DNA of 64,000 nucleotides from Lingula anatina (taxonomy: Eukaryota; Animalia; Brachiopoda). Positions 13,101-26,931 of this stretch are shown piece after piece. The translations under genes and the position numbers were made by a program. The stretch covers positions 4,650,001 to 4,714,000 of the forward strand of contig CM120649.1 of the NCBI GenBank assembly GCA_051362555.1. The letters run 5' to 3'. Numbering within the stretch: the stretch's first letter is position 1; every line of letters starts with the position of its first letter. Below the pieces are notes generated by a model that saw nothing but the letters and a program-made list of their open reading frames with translations, was not told the origin of the DNA and made no database searches.

Positions 13101-16100
13101 TGAAGTATATCAATTCATGACTTTTTTTTTTACATTTCTACGAAGTATTCACAATGCTTTAATATTTTGAGAGCATGGATAAAGACATATTGTTAGTTTG
13201 ATACGTGTTTCTGTGGTTAAATTTGTGTTTCCAGCTGTGTACTGACAGCATTCCTTTACTTAAGCAGTTTTTTTTTTTTGGACTGTTTTTTTTTTTTTTT
13301 TCGCCCTCTCGCACCAATTTTGGGGTACCCAGAGGATGTCATCCATAAAAATAAAAAAGTGTGGCCTAATAACAATTATTATCATTATACTAGTAAGTAA
13401 ATACACCATTTACAATGGATAAAAAGACATTTGTATAAACTTCCTTACCACAATTTAAGTGGGTCAATTAATAGTATAAATGATTAAATAATTTACTGTC
13501 CAAGGTTAATTTAATGGTCACGGATAAACGAATGGTTTCTCTGGCTGTGGGCAACAAACTGTCAAACTTTCAAAAGCTGCTTGTTATATCACTCGCCGCG
13601 AACATTACAACAACCACTTAATCTTTAACTGTCGATATGCTATAGAAAAAAAACAACTGAAAATAATTTCGTCGGGTTTTATCCTATTTCAGGCACGAAA
13701 CAATTTCGTTTTAAGTCCACCTCAAAGGTGTCAAGGTGGATTTAAATTGATGTAATATCCCCTCGCGAACGACGTACAGTGCCGCCGGAATCTCCCCTTA
13801 CTTACCCTCCGGGTTGCTGCGGGTTGTGCGGACGGCCTGGCTCGGTAACTATGGAAATAACATTGTCATCCATTCGCTGTTTGGTTTCTGTTAACAATAG
13901 TTCCATACCCTGCCCGTCGGGCAATTATCGTGACAAAATTTCTGCTAACAAAAGAGCCTAACCCTAGCTCGCTGAGATAAAGATCGAAGGTGAGCGTGGT
14001 CGCAATTAAGTGTTCGTCCAAGCGTTAATTGACCTTTAATGCGCGGTGGCTTCACTCTACTTTGATCACTCTACTCTGATACGGAGATTTTAAGTATAAG
14101 AACTTGCCAACAGTGATTTTTAAAAGTCGCTTTACCAAAAGGATTCGGTGATGACAGCAATTTTCGTGTACATTGTAGCTATGAATTGATTAAATTTACA
14201 TAGAGTTTAATAAATGAATTTATGAATTTATTAAAGATCAAATAAAACACTACTCGTACTTGTACATGTAATATTTATTATGCTTCAAACTGTCTTTACT
14301 ATATACATATTATTAACAAGATTGAAATTATTTTTATAGTATGTCCTTATATTTCTATTAGCTTTGTTCATAGACGAAATGCATTTTTTCCAAAAAGACT
14401 TGTCAGTTGTTTCAGTGATAAACATTTTGTTAGCCATATCTTTAATATAGTTCAGTCTATATTTGCATAAAGGATCTCGCCCATCTGCACCCGTAACATT
14501 TCTGTCCTTTCGTATTCGTTCATCAATCGTAAACAACCTTCCCATCAACTGAACGCAAAAGTTGCCTGGTGAACTGGCCCGTTGTCGAATTTCGAATATT
14601 TCTTTATTTGACAAGGCGAGAGGTGGCCGGCCGAAAGACGAATTCCTTGATTTTGTAGGACACAAAGTAGGAACTGAGTACGTGACCGGTGGCGGTAAAG
14701 TTGTGCATGTAGACCTCAACGGTAAGGGTGTCGCACAGAGGCTTGGGAAAAGAGGAGGAGGCGGCGGTGTCACACATGGACTTGGAAATGGAGGTGGCGA
14801 TCTAAAGCCCAAACTTAACCAAAGGCCTTCTTCATACTTAAAAGCATCAAAAGAAATTAATTTAAAAAGCTGGATTACAATCTCTCGGGCTAACTTCACT
14901 GGTTGGCACGTGTCATCTCACATTAATTAACAATCAGTTCAGGTTAGCTTTATTCATGCTGGGTAAACACAGTGATTAAGCCCTGACTATTACATAATCA
15001 ATACTGTGTGACACGCGTCGTCTAAAATTAATGTTAACATTGCGATGACACTCTTTAATCCAAACTAATCAACTGGTCACGTGTCAACAGGATTGTTTGT
15101 GTATCTGGACTTCCTAAATGGCCAAAAAGTATTTTGTTTAATATGACATGTTTATGTCACTGATTTCCATGCCATCGTGTCAGCTGCCAAGTAAACGGTA
15201 TAAATCGACACTCAAATTTTTGTTTAATATTGCCGATAAGCCACGAAGTGGACGTATCTCAAAGGTTGACCTGCGCCACATGAACGTTATAGACGAGGAG
15301 TTGACCAAGAATGATGAATTGGTGGCCTTAAAACTAAAAACACGTCTCTTTGAGCGAACAGGTAATTTTAGTTCGATTATATTGTAAACGAAAGTTGTGG
15401 TTTACTTCACGGGTCTGAATTATTTTTACAAATTATACGGACACATAAATATGTAATTTTCAATTCTCTATCTTTACGTCAGGACTTTCCCTCGGCATTT
15501 CTGTGATTAAGGAATTAAGACGAAAGCTGGGATGGATCCCCACCGGTCCGAACATTGTAGTGTTTAGTGGTGTAATGAACGCGGACTTTTACACAGATGT
15601 ATTAGGTGAGGCCCTGATCCCAGCGATACGTGATATGTTCCCAGACGGCCACAAGTTTCAGCAGGACAACGACAGCAAACATACAAGCCGAGTTGCTGCT
15701 GCATTTACTGAGCAACACGGTATTAATTGGTTTCGCACCCCTCCAGAAAGCCCCGACCTTAACCCTATTGAAAACGTATGGGCTGAAATCAAACATCACC
15801 TGCGTACGCGTGCTAAGCCTACCACGAGGGAACAACTCGTTGACGGCATAAGAGAGGCATGGGAAAATATTAACGCAGAAAAGTGTAATAAATATTACAC
15901 TAAAGAAGGTTATTCCAGCGGTAATTGAGAGAGAAGGTCGTGCATCAGGCTACTAAACTAGAAACACATGTAATAAAGGCGATGAGACATTGATATTTAT
16001 TTGATGTATTAGCTATTTAAAATTTTCCATTTTAACTACGCTTTTGTTGATCGTGACTTATTATAATCAAATAAAATTGTTATACGTGTTTTAAAACTAA

Positions 16101-19100
16101 GCCTGATTTGTTCTTCAGACTTTTGTTCTAATATTCGACTTGCCTTTACTCGAGTCTTCTGTTGCAGTTGATATATAACCCGGTATTGTTTGCTCGTGTC
16201 GATAGCAATCTCTATGCATCAGCTATAATAGAAACCTTAAGAGAGGCAATTAAGAAGGGGCAGACCGTGTTCGTTAAACCGACTAATTTGGGTGTCCGAT
16301 AAGGATTGCTTGGGGATTCCCCTACCCTGTAATTATCATACGGCCTCTATTGTTTGACCATGTGGGGCAGGGTTGGGAAACCATACGGCCATTTGGTAAG
16401 GGGAGATTCCGGCGGCACTGTACCATCTTGTAGTTTGTGCTCCGCTATCATCATGTCTTCTTCCTCCTCCTCATCCCCCGGCATCCTCAGTAGACACGCC
16501 ATCAGTACCGCAGCCAGCAAGACCTGGAGATAGGCATCTTTATTACAGTCAAGCAAGTTTACACGTGATGGTGAAAAGAATGTAGTTTTGACTCGCCGCC
16601 GTCTTTATTTGAAGTAACCTTATTCTTACAAATACTAACAATCTGAACAACTACATGTTGCAGCAACTACGTACTTTAATAACTGGTGAACTGTATATGT
16701 TTGTCTGATATCATGTTTTGATATAGGTAATATTAACTTCAATGGGGACTGAAAATAACCGTACTTGATCTTACGCTGAAACGGAGCCCTCTTTAGGTGA
16801 ACTGATTTGGAGTCGTCATCGGTGTCACCCGAAGAAGATTTTGTTTTAAGATCGAAATATCGCGACCGTCGTTTCAACGTAAGACCCAGTATTAGATTTA
16901 ATTTTCTCTTTAGTTACCTTAAGCGGCTGAACCAGGATGATGGACTGTGAAAAGGAGAAGAAAAGAGAAATGAGCCAGTTCGTGGATTTTTCCGGACCCC
17001 ACTCCAAACTGTACAGTAACACGAAGAAGGCCGAGGTAGCTACGGCCAAGAAGGCGAGAACGTAGCCGAACACCACACTCCACCACGGAAATCGAATTGG
17101 CTTTTTCCGGATTTTTTTCTCCTTGCTTTTTGTCTTTTCTTCTTCTTCTAATTCCATTTGAAGATCGACTAGTATTTCGAAACCTTTGTCCGCTTTTTTC
17201 GATTTTGACTTGTCCTGCATTTCTTTGGTGATCAATTTCTGTACTGCTGACTGAAATTTTCCATCGTCTGCGTCCATCGATTTGCTCTCATTTTCGTCGG
17301 AGTCTCTTATGTAGGGGAAGATGGTGGTGCAGGAATTTCTGGGTTTGCTTCGTTTAAAGACCTCCATGATAATCAACGTGGGGGGTACAACCAGAACGCT
17401 GCTCATCAGCCCAACCCAGACCTGTCTGAACGTGATCTTAATAGGGCCTATTTGGATGCCTAGAATAATTAAAAAATGGAATGTTTAAACAGTGAATTTT
17501 ATATGAATTATTTCTATTGCCTTTCTCAATTCGAATGCAGCTCTGCGTCATATAACTGTTTAGCAGCAAATTCGTTAAAAGTGTCTTGTTGAAGTTTTAA
17601 AGACATAGTTTACAACGTATTTGGTGTCTAATTTTACATTTTCTTGTCTAAAACATACATCAATGCTCAAATCTCCCCCCCCCCAATTAAATTTATGAAG
17701 ACGTCGTTTTTCTTTTATCACAATTAATCTTATGTACAATGAACAGATAAATATAGGCAAATTAAACGCATAGCCAATATTTACCGCTTGTTGTATCGTC
17801 TTCCTCTCTAAACCACATAGCATTGGAGATCATACACAGAAATAAGACTACAATACATATTGAAAGTCGCTGCACTCTGGACAGTCGACTGGGCGTGGGC
17901 CTCTTCGCCACCGAGAACCAGAGGTGATCATCAAACAGGCGCTTGCTGGCGTTGCTGCTCAAGAGGAAATTGAAGTCGTTTAGGCCCTCGTCATCAGCGG
18001 ACGCCATCAAGCGATCTGTGCGATTGTCGCCGCGTGATGACGACAGCCACTGGTCGCAAAAGTAATGGGACCTGAAAGAGATTTAACCTGGGATATCGTA
18101 TTTTTCCAAAATGCACAACTTATGAAGAAGTATATATGCTTATTTACCTGATTGTTCATTTTGATATGAGAAGACTGACAGAAAGCGAGATAAAGGTTCT
18201 GAATAACCATCCCACTCTATGTTGCATACGTCTTAGTTGCACTCTAATTAAAATAATGATTTGTTTATATGCAATATCCAAGAGATAAACTATTGCATGT
18301 GTAGTTGGGGTATTCGGAGATGGAGTGGCTTTAGAAACGGTATCTCTTCAGATATTGCTTCAAGGTCATCTTTTCGGCTTTTTTACCCAAACAAGCATAT
18401 GTATAAATCGCTATTCTTTAATAGGAAATATCAACCAAATTCAAACTAAGCCACTTGAAATAAAATGGAAGAAAAACTCAGAAAATCTGGGTGCTAGCAG
18501 TATGTCGCGAAGCATACTTTTTTCCTGGGATGGCAAAAGGAATGTAGAACATACCTTTCCCTGCGTAAGATATCGTATACCACGACTTTCTCAAGGAAAT
18601 AATCTCCACTTCCGCTTACTTCCTCGTGCCAGATGTGTAAGTGGGTCAGCTTGCCCAGGGGTTCGGGCGTGGTGTAGACAAAATTGTTCACTGCCCCTCG
18701 CGTGAAATTCTAATGAAAGATAATCAAATCTGATTCTTTATCTATCCATTGTACATTCCGCTATCAAACAATTTCTCAACTGGAAACTAGCCTGCGCTAG
18801 AAGATGTGTTTTAATAAAACATAAAAGGTGATTACGAATATTTCTACAAATGGTGTTTTTAAAAATTGAAACATAGACCCCATTCCCATAAACACTAACG
18901 GTCTACATGGGTCGTCCCGACTCTGCGGGTACTATAGTTAAGTGCAATCAGCTTAACCGAATGGCACGCTTCCTCCCGGCGTTAAGTAGACGACAGAAAA
19001 GCTAGTAACTATACAAGTACGCTGGAAACAAGAGGAGGCGTGTCACTCGGTAAGGCTGATTGCACCAAGCGAGAGCACATGGGTCGATCAAGGTACTGTA

Positions 19101-22100
19101 GACCGATGGTTTTGATGGGAATGGCCCCCAAAAATCCTTTTATGTCCCTACTTCTCGGCAGCCATCCATGAGGACCTTAGGCGGACTCTGCCCATCTTTG
19201 CCATAGAGTACCACAAACAGCTTGGAGGTCGTCCTGGCCGGGGACTTGGACCCCGTGTACACGCTCAGTAAGTATTTCCCTTTATCAAAGCGGCCATTTT
19301 CTATGAGGTGCTTGTATTCCCACTGCAATGCGGAATGGTAAAATATTTACTAGTAGCATCCGGGACAATCGAAGGTGGGATATATCAGACAATCACTTTT
19401 AAAAAGTTGTTAGGATTGACTAAAATAAAAATCAACAGAATTTATAAGCGCTCTAATACGAAAGCTGATGCGACAATATATATCAATACTCTCTGTAGAG
19501 TAAATCCTTCATTGTTTCAATCCGTGTAATACTGTACATCATGTGCTGACTAAAAGCAAACATTCTTACCTTTTCATTATCCTGAAGATCTTTCCTCCTG
19601 GCCCATATAAGAATGAGAAAATAAAGCACAAACAACGAACACATGACGATGAGGACGTGAGGGCTCTGAGCCAAGAGAGAGGAAAAGTTGGCAAACACCT
19701 TGTCAAAGTCGATGGTGTTTGGCGGAATGAAAAGTCCAGCGGCGAAAGATCCGAAGAAATTGCTTTTGAAAATCATCTTGCCTTCTTTGGTCACTTTGGA
19801 CACCTAAAAATTATAGTGGAAACGTTATTGCCTATTATGTTTTTTGTTAACAATATTCTGTACTGTTTACAACAATGTATTTATGAGGATTATTGTCTTA
19901 AAATAATAATCAGCTTCGTAAACGGAAAGAACTAACATTTAAGAAAAGAATGAAGATAAGCAAAATTACAAAATTAATTTCTATTTCAATAATTCAGTAT
20001 ATGCGCTTTCGCTGTCGGTAGTTGGGGAGTAAATGCCTGAAATACGCGTGCGTATGCAATTTTTTTATTTGGCAGTAAAATATAGTATATGTAATATAAA
20101 TATTTAATATATTATATATTTAATATTTAAGTAAATATTTATATATAATACAAAACACCCAATCTAGCTTTTCATAGTAATCATCTTAAACTGCCAATCT
20201 GTTTCAACCTGCTTTTCCTTTTTTTTTGTGTTCTCACGGAAGTAGGCCTATACAGTGACCAAAAAGTTTTAAAAAAATATCGACATATGTGTATCAGTCC
20301 TACAAATATAGTAAATACACATAAGTTACCTGTAGCCCGGAAGATGTGTTCCATGATTTCGTGGCTGCGTTGTAAAAACGGGGGTTAATCACCGTCGACT
20401 TCATCGTTAACTTTTGGCTGCTTCCATTTGCACTGCCCACTGTAATAGAATACTTCAAATTTATTGCCTGAGATACAAAGATGCAATTATCACCGACCCG
20501 TATAAACAATAAAAGAAGACTAATGTAAAGGATGCATACAAGCGTATTGGAAAACGCCGCTTATCCCAGCGATATTATGTCTTTCAGCTGAACAAATTAA
20601 AAATGGAGTAATAAAAAAATGAAATTTTTAATGAAAACACGAATTTTGTGCAAAGTTATCTACATGTAGATTATGCATTATAACAGAACTGCACATTAAA
20701 ATCATGTACGCATTTGTCATAAAATGATCTGATTATTTGACGATAGTTACCCTTTTTTTTAAAGCAATAAGCTTCCAGCAAACTCGTTACGAATCCTGAG
20801 TTTTATGAAGAGAAAAATTGACGCAACTTCAGTTGCGGGGCTAACAACAATGGGTTTTTACCATTATAGGACATTTTACCATAATAGCGCATTTAACAAC
20901 AATGGGTTTTTACCATTATAGGACATTTTACCATAATAGCGCATTTGTTGACTTTGTACATTTTCTTTTTTAGCAAGCAAGATATGTTCAACTTACCGCC
21001 GTCAGCGAGTATGAGTAGGTTAAATGAGGTCGCTCCGTCTAGACCCTCGGCGGGAACGTACAACGACAGCTCCCCGTTGCTATCCTGTGTCACCTGGTAA
21101 ATAAAATATACAGGTAGACGCGTACAATTTGGGACATATTAAATGCCGCGTTTAAAATAAAAACTGTATGTGAGATGAATATCTCAAACAGACTTAACGC
21201 TTTTAGTTAAAGTTAACAGTCATTTATTTATTGTTGTAAACCCACGCCATGTTTTAAGTTACTGTGTGGATTGTTGCTTCTATAACTCTTTTTAGATTTC
21301 GATTAAAAAAATCAAACGTGGAATCTCAAGGCACGAATATAAGACACAACAATAAATTTTAAATAGAATTTTCTTCAAATTGCGAGAATTTGTAGTGAAG
21401 CTTTCCAAGACTGTCTCATTACCATGACCTCATGTGCATGTGATTTAAAATAAGACCAAGATAAAGGTACCGTATGCGTCCATACTCACGTCTACAGTGA
21501 TGGTGCTACTGACATCTGGTTGACTTGATGCCGTTGTAGATCTCTTTTTGCGCTGAAAAGAAAGAAATTAAGGTGTTTATAAATTTCTTTTCAGTCGCGC
21601 CGACGTTTGTTGAAACTTTATATGGCTAACTATTACAAAAGGACAATTAAGTTATTTTTTTCTTCAGAATTTTTTTCTTAGGAGCGTAAATAAGTTGCTA
21701 CTATTGGTACTATTAAGTTTGAACATTTTTTCATAAGCGGGATTGTATCTTTTTAACCATGCTACTGGTACCAAAACAAGTATATCAAAAACAAAGTAGT
21801 AAGCTCAAAGAGGAGCCATTTGCCCTGCTATATAACAGCACGATTTCTGGAGAATATTCTTGTAGAACGAATACTTACGGATGACGATGCGCCATTAATC
21901 GCGACTCTAAAATCGTACGAGCTGTTGGTCGCCTCCCCATCACGTCTTCCATAGAAATACATCGTCCGATCCGAGGGAGGTTGGATAACCTGGAACAAAT
22001 TTTGCGACCCATCGGATATTTCAATTGTCTGAGAAATCCCCTTTTGCGCTGTGATATTTTCCACATCGGCCTCTGTCTCCTGAAACTCCAGTGTCACGGG

Positions 22101-23493
22101 TATTTCAAAATCTACAAAAGAGTTTCCAAGGTTCACCGCGCTTCCGTTTCCGGTCTGCATATTGATGCTCGTGACTTGGGAAGTGATATTGCTGCCACCT
22201 TCACTGAACCTGTACGGGTTAAATTTGTTTGCTGCCACCTAGAAAAGGTGAAGTAATATTTTCGAATTATATATATGCAGTTTCAGAACTAAGGGAGCCG
22301 ACAATGGGCCATGCGCGCTTTACGGAGTATTTTGATAAATGTGATAAAGATAGAATCCGAAAAAAGACAATCTGGCCATATGTTCACTGTATCTGAAGCG
22401 CATATTTCAAACTCCATCAAGTCTATTAAAATTAAAAAATTAATGTGAATTTTTTTATTACACCGCCATATCATGGCTAACGCCTAACACTCGCCTTGGC
22501 AAACGTCCCTGCCGCAAGCTGCAGTCCTCCCGTTATCCCGACTGACGCTGACGAGGTGCTTAAATTAAGACTAGACGCTTGGCCTGACTGCAGCTTCTGG
22601 ACGGCCAGTGAAAGGGCTGGAGTCGAGATGACAATTGGCTCTGTGTTTGTTGATCTTTCTAGTACCGAAGCCATGGTGTCAAGCATGGAGTCCACGAGCT
22701 GTCCTGACTTCTCGGCTCTGGCCTACAAGTAAATCAATGTTAATACAGGGTTGCATTTATTTATATCATTAATATATTTAATTATTGAAACAAACATAAT
22801 TGTAAGTGGTACATGTAACAATGTGACGCTCAGCAGTGCTACATTATCTACTGTATGTATTGGGTTAAAAAACGTGAAGAAAATGATAAAAATATAAAAG
22901 AGTACGAAAGAATAAGTGCAGCACGCATGTCAGTTGATTTCGATCGTCCTGCTGTTAGATAAATAAAAGTTGTCCCGTGCGACAAAATAAAGAGTGGCAT
23001 ACAAGCAAACAAACAAATAGATATTTTCTTACCGCCTGATCGGCTGCGCTTGTCGTCCCATTGCCTGAAGGCGCCGAGAGGCTTGCGTTGAGCAGACTGC
23101 CTGTGGTACTGGCTATAGCTGCGGTCAGAAAAATACGTCTACATCGATCAAACAAATCAAACTGAGGTTAACAAGTGTTGTTAAAGTTGTCTTAATCAAA
23201 AGCTCTGTGGAAAATACTTTCACAGTTTCGAGTCGTGAGCACAAATCTCATGCTTTGAATCATGCCAAGTTTCATCGGACGTTTAGACGTATTATATATA
23301 AAATTCAAACTAATTTACAAAATGATTTGATACATGACGTAGGCCCCGTTATTACAGGAAGGTGAACGACATCAAAAAAGTACCCTACATCGATAAAATT
23401 GAAAATGTAACTTTACTTTGACTTAGGTAATGTTTTGATTAGTATGTAGCTTCATTTTTGGCGCAGTCATTACAGACTTGATATGTTCAAACG

Positions 23494-23534
<41 letters not shown>

Positions 23535-26500
23535 GAGAAAATAGATAAACGATTAAGATTAACGGTGAGATATCATGAGTAGTCGATGGTATAGAAGTGT
23601 CCTTACACGTCAGCAATGACGTCACAGCGGTCGTGGACAGGTTTGCTGAAGCGACGTGTCCCAACAACGCAGTGGACATATTGGCCGCTTGGTCCTGTAA
23701 ACAAAATCCTTTCATGGTCACAACGGTTAAAGATGTACGTTAATTATGTCTCGAAACAAAACAAAATTGGATCTACAGGGTGTACGCAATATGTGTAACT
23801 AGCCTGAGGTCACAGGTGTGTGTCACTTATAAAGTTGATTCCAGGGAGCAAAGGGCTTTAAGCATCCTTAATATCAGGAGGTTCATATTTTCTCTTTATT
23901 CTTCAAAGTACTAGAATAGCTACTGATATGAACCAGTTTAAATACGCTAGAATTCTTAATCCCCCCCCCCCCCGAAAAAAAACTTTGTCCTTTAAATTAG
24001 GTGTATCAAATAAATGAACCTTTCTGTCAAATACTACAGAGTTCACGCCTAAACATGCACCAATGTGTTTATTTATTGTATAACATGCATATACATCTAC
24101 ATGTATATGTGGGGTCAGCTCACCATGGCGTTGTCACTGAGCTGGTCAGGGGTGGTATCGGTCACCGTGGACATCAAGTTGGCCACGCTGACCAGTCCAG
24201 CCTCGTCACTGACAGTGTCCAGTACACTGGACAGGCTGGTCATTAGGACACCACGTAACTGGAATATTGAGGAGTCAGCATTATCACCTTGCGAATATTG
24301 TGTAAGAAATAAATGAATTATATAAAAAAGTATAGATCTATGAATATCAAATATTGTACCCAATAGAAATCACGTGTTTTCACATGCAATGTGTCTCCCA
24401 ACACTTAGTGTATGACTATCAGAGCGTTTACTAGAGTACTACTCACTAGCCATATGACCTAGTGGACAGTGAGGTGTAAGTCTACTATACTAGGACACCT
24501 TCACTAGTGATTTGGGAGTTGATGTGTGTAGTCTGGACAGCTGAACAGTAGAGGAGGAGTGTGCTAGCATGGCATAGCCTCCACTTGTGGCCACACTCAA
24601 GTTGAGGATTAAGTTAAGACAGAATTACCTCACAGTTGAGTTTCTAACTGGGCAGCCAGTATATATAGTGACACACAAGTTGGTAGCAATGTAAGTTTAC
24701 TTTGTTTTATTATATATAGTACCATTCATGATTAGAATATAATACTGGATTTTTCTGTTGTTAGAAGTGTAACAAGAACAGGGAGTTTACGTTATACTAT
24801 ACCTGTAATTTGAATTCTATTATGTGTATTGTATTAATATATAGCTAATAGTGTAAGTTTATAAGTTGAATGAGACGGCCGGGTGGAAGGATGGCTTGAG
24901 GATAATGGCAAAATATAGAATTTACTCATACAGAGCGGATTTTTTTAATTGGGTCGGATGGTAGGTTAAACGTCGAATCGTACAGGACTAGTGTGCAGGG
25001 CAATACACAGTGCATGCGAAATTCGATTGGCCGTAAAAATAGCCCTCAGTCAATATCCACTTAAACGTGTTCTGTAAGGAGTGGTTAAAGTCATTCATTA
25101 TGATTGAATTATTAATGACCGCACAGCAACAAACCTCTTTCAGTTGTTCCGTGTTCGTGGTCCCGTTTGACGAATCCTGAAAAAAAGTGGAATACTCGGG
25201 ATTACGTTTGCTGTAACAAAAACGCTTACTGGTCGTTTATTTTCATAATCACATTTTAAAAAGATACTGCTACACAAAATTAAAATTGCTGGAAAAGGTT
25301 GTCCAAAATTTGAAAATAATTATCTTCGTACTTTTATTTATTTATTTACCAAGATGAGGTCAAACTCCAAAGAAAATTTAAAAATTAATGTGTGTATTTA
25401 TGAAAACTTTAAAGCAATAAATAATAATATCATAACTGTTTAGGACACAAAATTTAACGTTAAAATGTATCATAGTGCTTATGCTTGTGAATTTTATATA
25501 GAGACAATTTGTTAAGCGGCATTGTGAATTTATTTGCGGTACTTACCGCTGACATAGAGCCCAGCGTGCCGTTCAAAGCGTCCGCTATGGCCGAGGGACT
25601 TGTCAGAGCGGAGATATTCAGTGAGTCCAACAGGTTGGTCTCTGAAATACGTTAATTTGCCCCACAATGATATGAACTCATCATTTTCAAGAAAGGTACA
25701 ATTTATAAATGTTTCAATTATGTCTGTTAATATTTGTAATGTTCAAAAAACTGAAGCGAGTACACGACATTCTTAAACCTCTCATTAAACATCGGCAAAA
25801 GGGAAACCTATTTGTGACATCAGCTTTAAAAGTTTACTGGATCCAGTCATTTTATCAATATTCAAATATTTTATTATTGCATTTTTCCTCGTGACGTACT
25901 CTTCAGTATTAATATTGACTCACCCCTACATGAAGGGACCTCCCTGTTCCAGCCCGTCCCATTCCCCTGCCACACACACGCCACGGTGAACTCAGAGGAG
26001 CCGTCGGGGAATACTATGTTCTCCACGCAGTGAAACGTGTACGTGTCTCCAACACGACCGTCCGCTATCCACTGTGGCCCGCTCGTGACGTTTGAAGTAA
26101 CGTTTGACGTCCCCGCCTGTCTGACGTCATTAGGAAACGTCATATTTGGACACGGTAAACCTGGAAAATAGGGGGAGCATAACACCCTACATGCATGCGT
26201 GCATGTGAATACGGTTACATGTACGATCAACAAATAAAAGTTTAATTATATCAGCTGCAAGAAAATATGCTCTCAATAACTACCAAACATATGCATGTAT
26301 AAACTTAAAATGCTAAGATAGTAACGTACCGTAACATGGAGGGGGGTCCACCTCCCACGAAGGTGTGCTGCTTCCATTTTGTAACACGCAGCCGACAACC
26401 ACGGACGTCACAGCAGGGTCTTCATGCACGTAACCAGGGGTGCACGTGAAATTAACAACGTCACCGAACGCGGCAGCAGAGTTGTTAAACTCCACGCCAT

Positions 26501-26893
26501 TTGCGCTCATAGCTAATACAGATGGACAAGGAGTTGCTGAAATATAAAGTTTCTAATGGGGTCAACTCGACCTTTGCAGAATCAAAAATCGGTCAATATA
26601 GGTAGATTCTTACATTTTACGCTGAATATCTACTGCGTGAGTACTGACCAGGTTAATTTAGGGATATTCATAAACTTACGGGTGCAGTTAGCAAGGGGCT
26701 GGCCCCACTGCCCGGACTGTGCATCATTAATGATACATGCTATGGAGTAGTTGGTGGTGACACTGTCCTCCAGACTGTACCCAGGCTCACAAGCGACGTC
26801 TACCTTGTCACCAACCCTAGACGCAGTCAAGTTGCCCGTCACCTGGGCGTGGGTCCATTCCGTGACGATGACTGGAGGACACGGTAGACCTGC

Positions 26894-26931
<38 letters not shown>

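Larger units (their letters stand above)
13777..16420 (+). mobile_element. Tc1/mariner DNA transposon (internally deleted) carrying a BEN-domain ORF
   Basis: Perfect 25-bp TIRs CAGTGCCGCCGGAATCTCCCCTTAC (13777-13801 and 16396-16420), TA TSD (13775-76 and 16421-22), and an internal DD34E transposase remnant. Confidence 0.93.

Noticed and set aside
14562-14930. 122-aa Gly-rich + strand ORF inside the transposon
   Set aside because: Antisense to the Pro-rich BEN ORF, with no recognisable motif.
20440-20468. Apparent frameshift in PKD1L if the acceptor at ~20468 is used (similarly ~32109)
   Set aside because: Downstream acceptors (exon starts 20439 and 32088) restore the phase, so the gene is not called a pseudogene.
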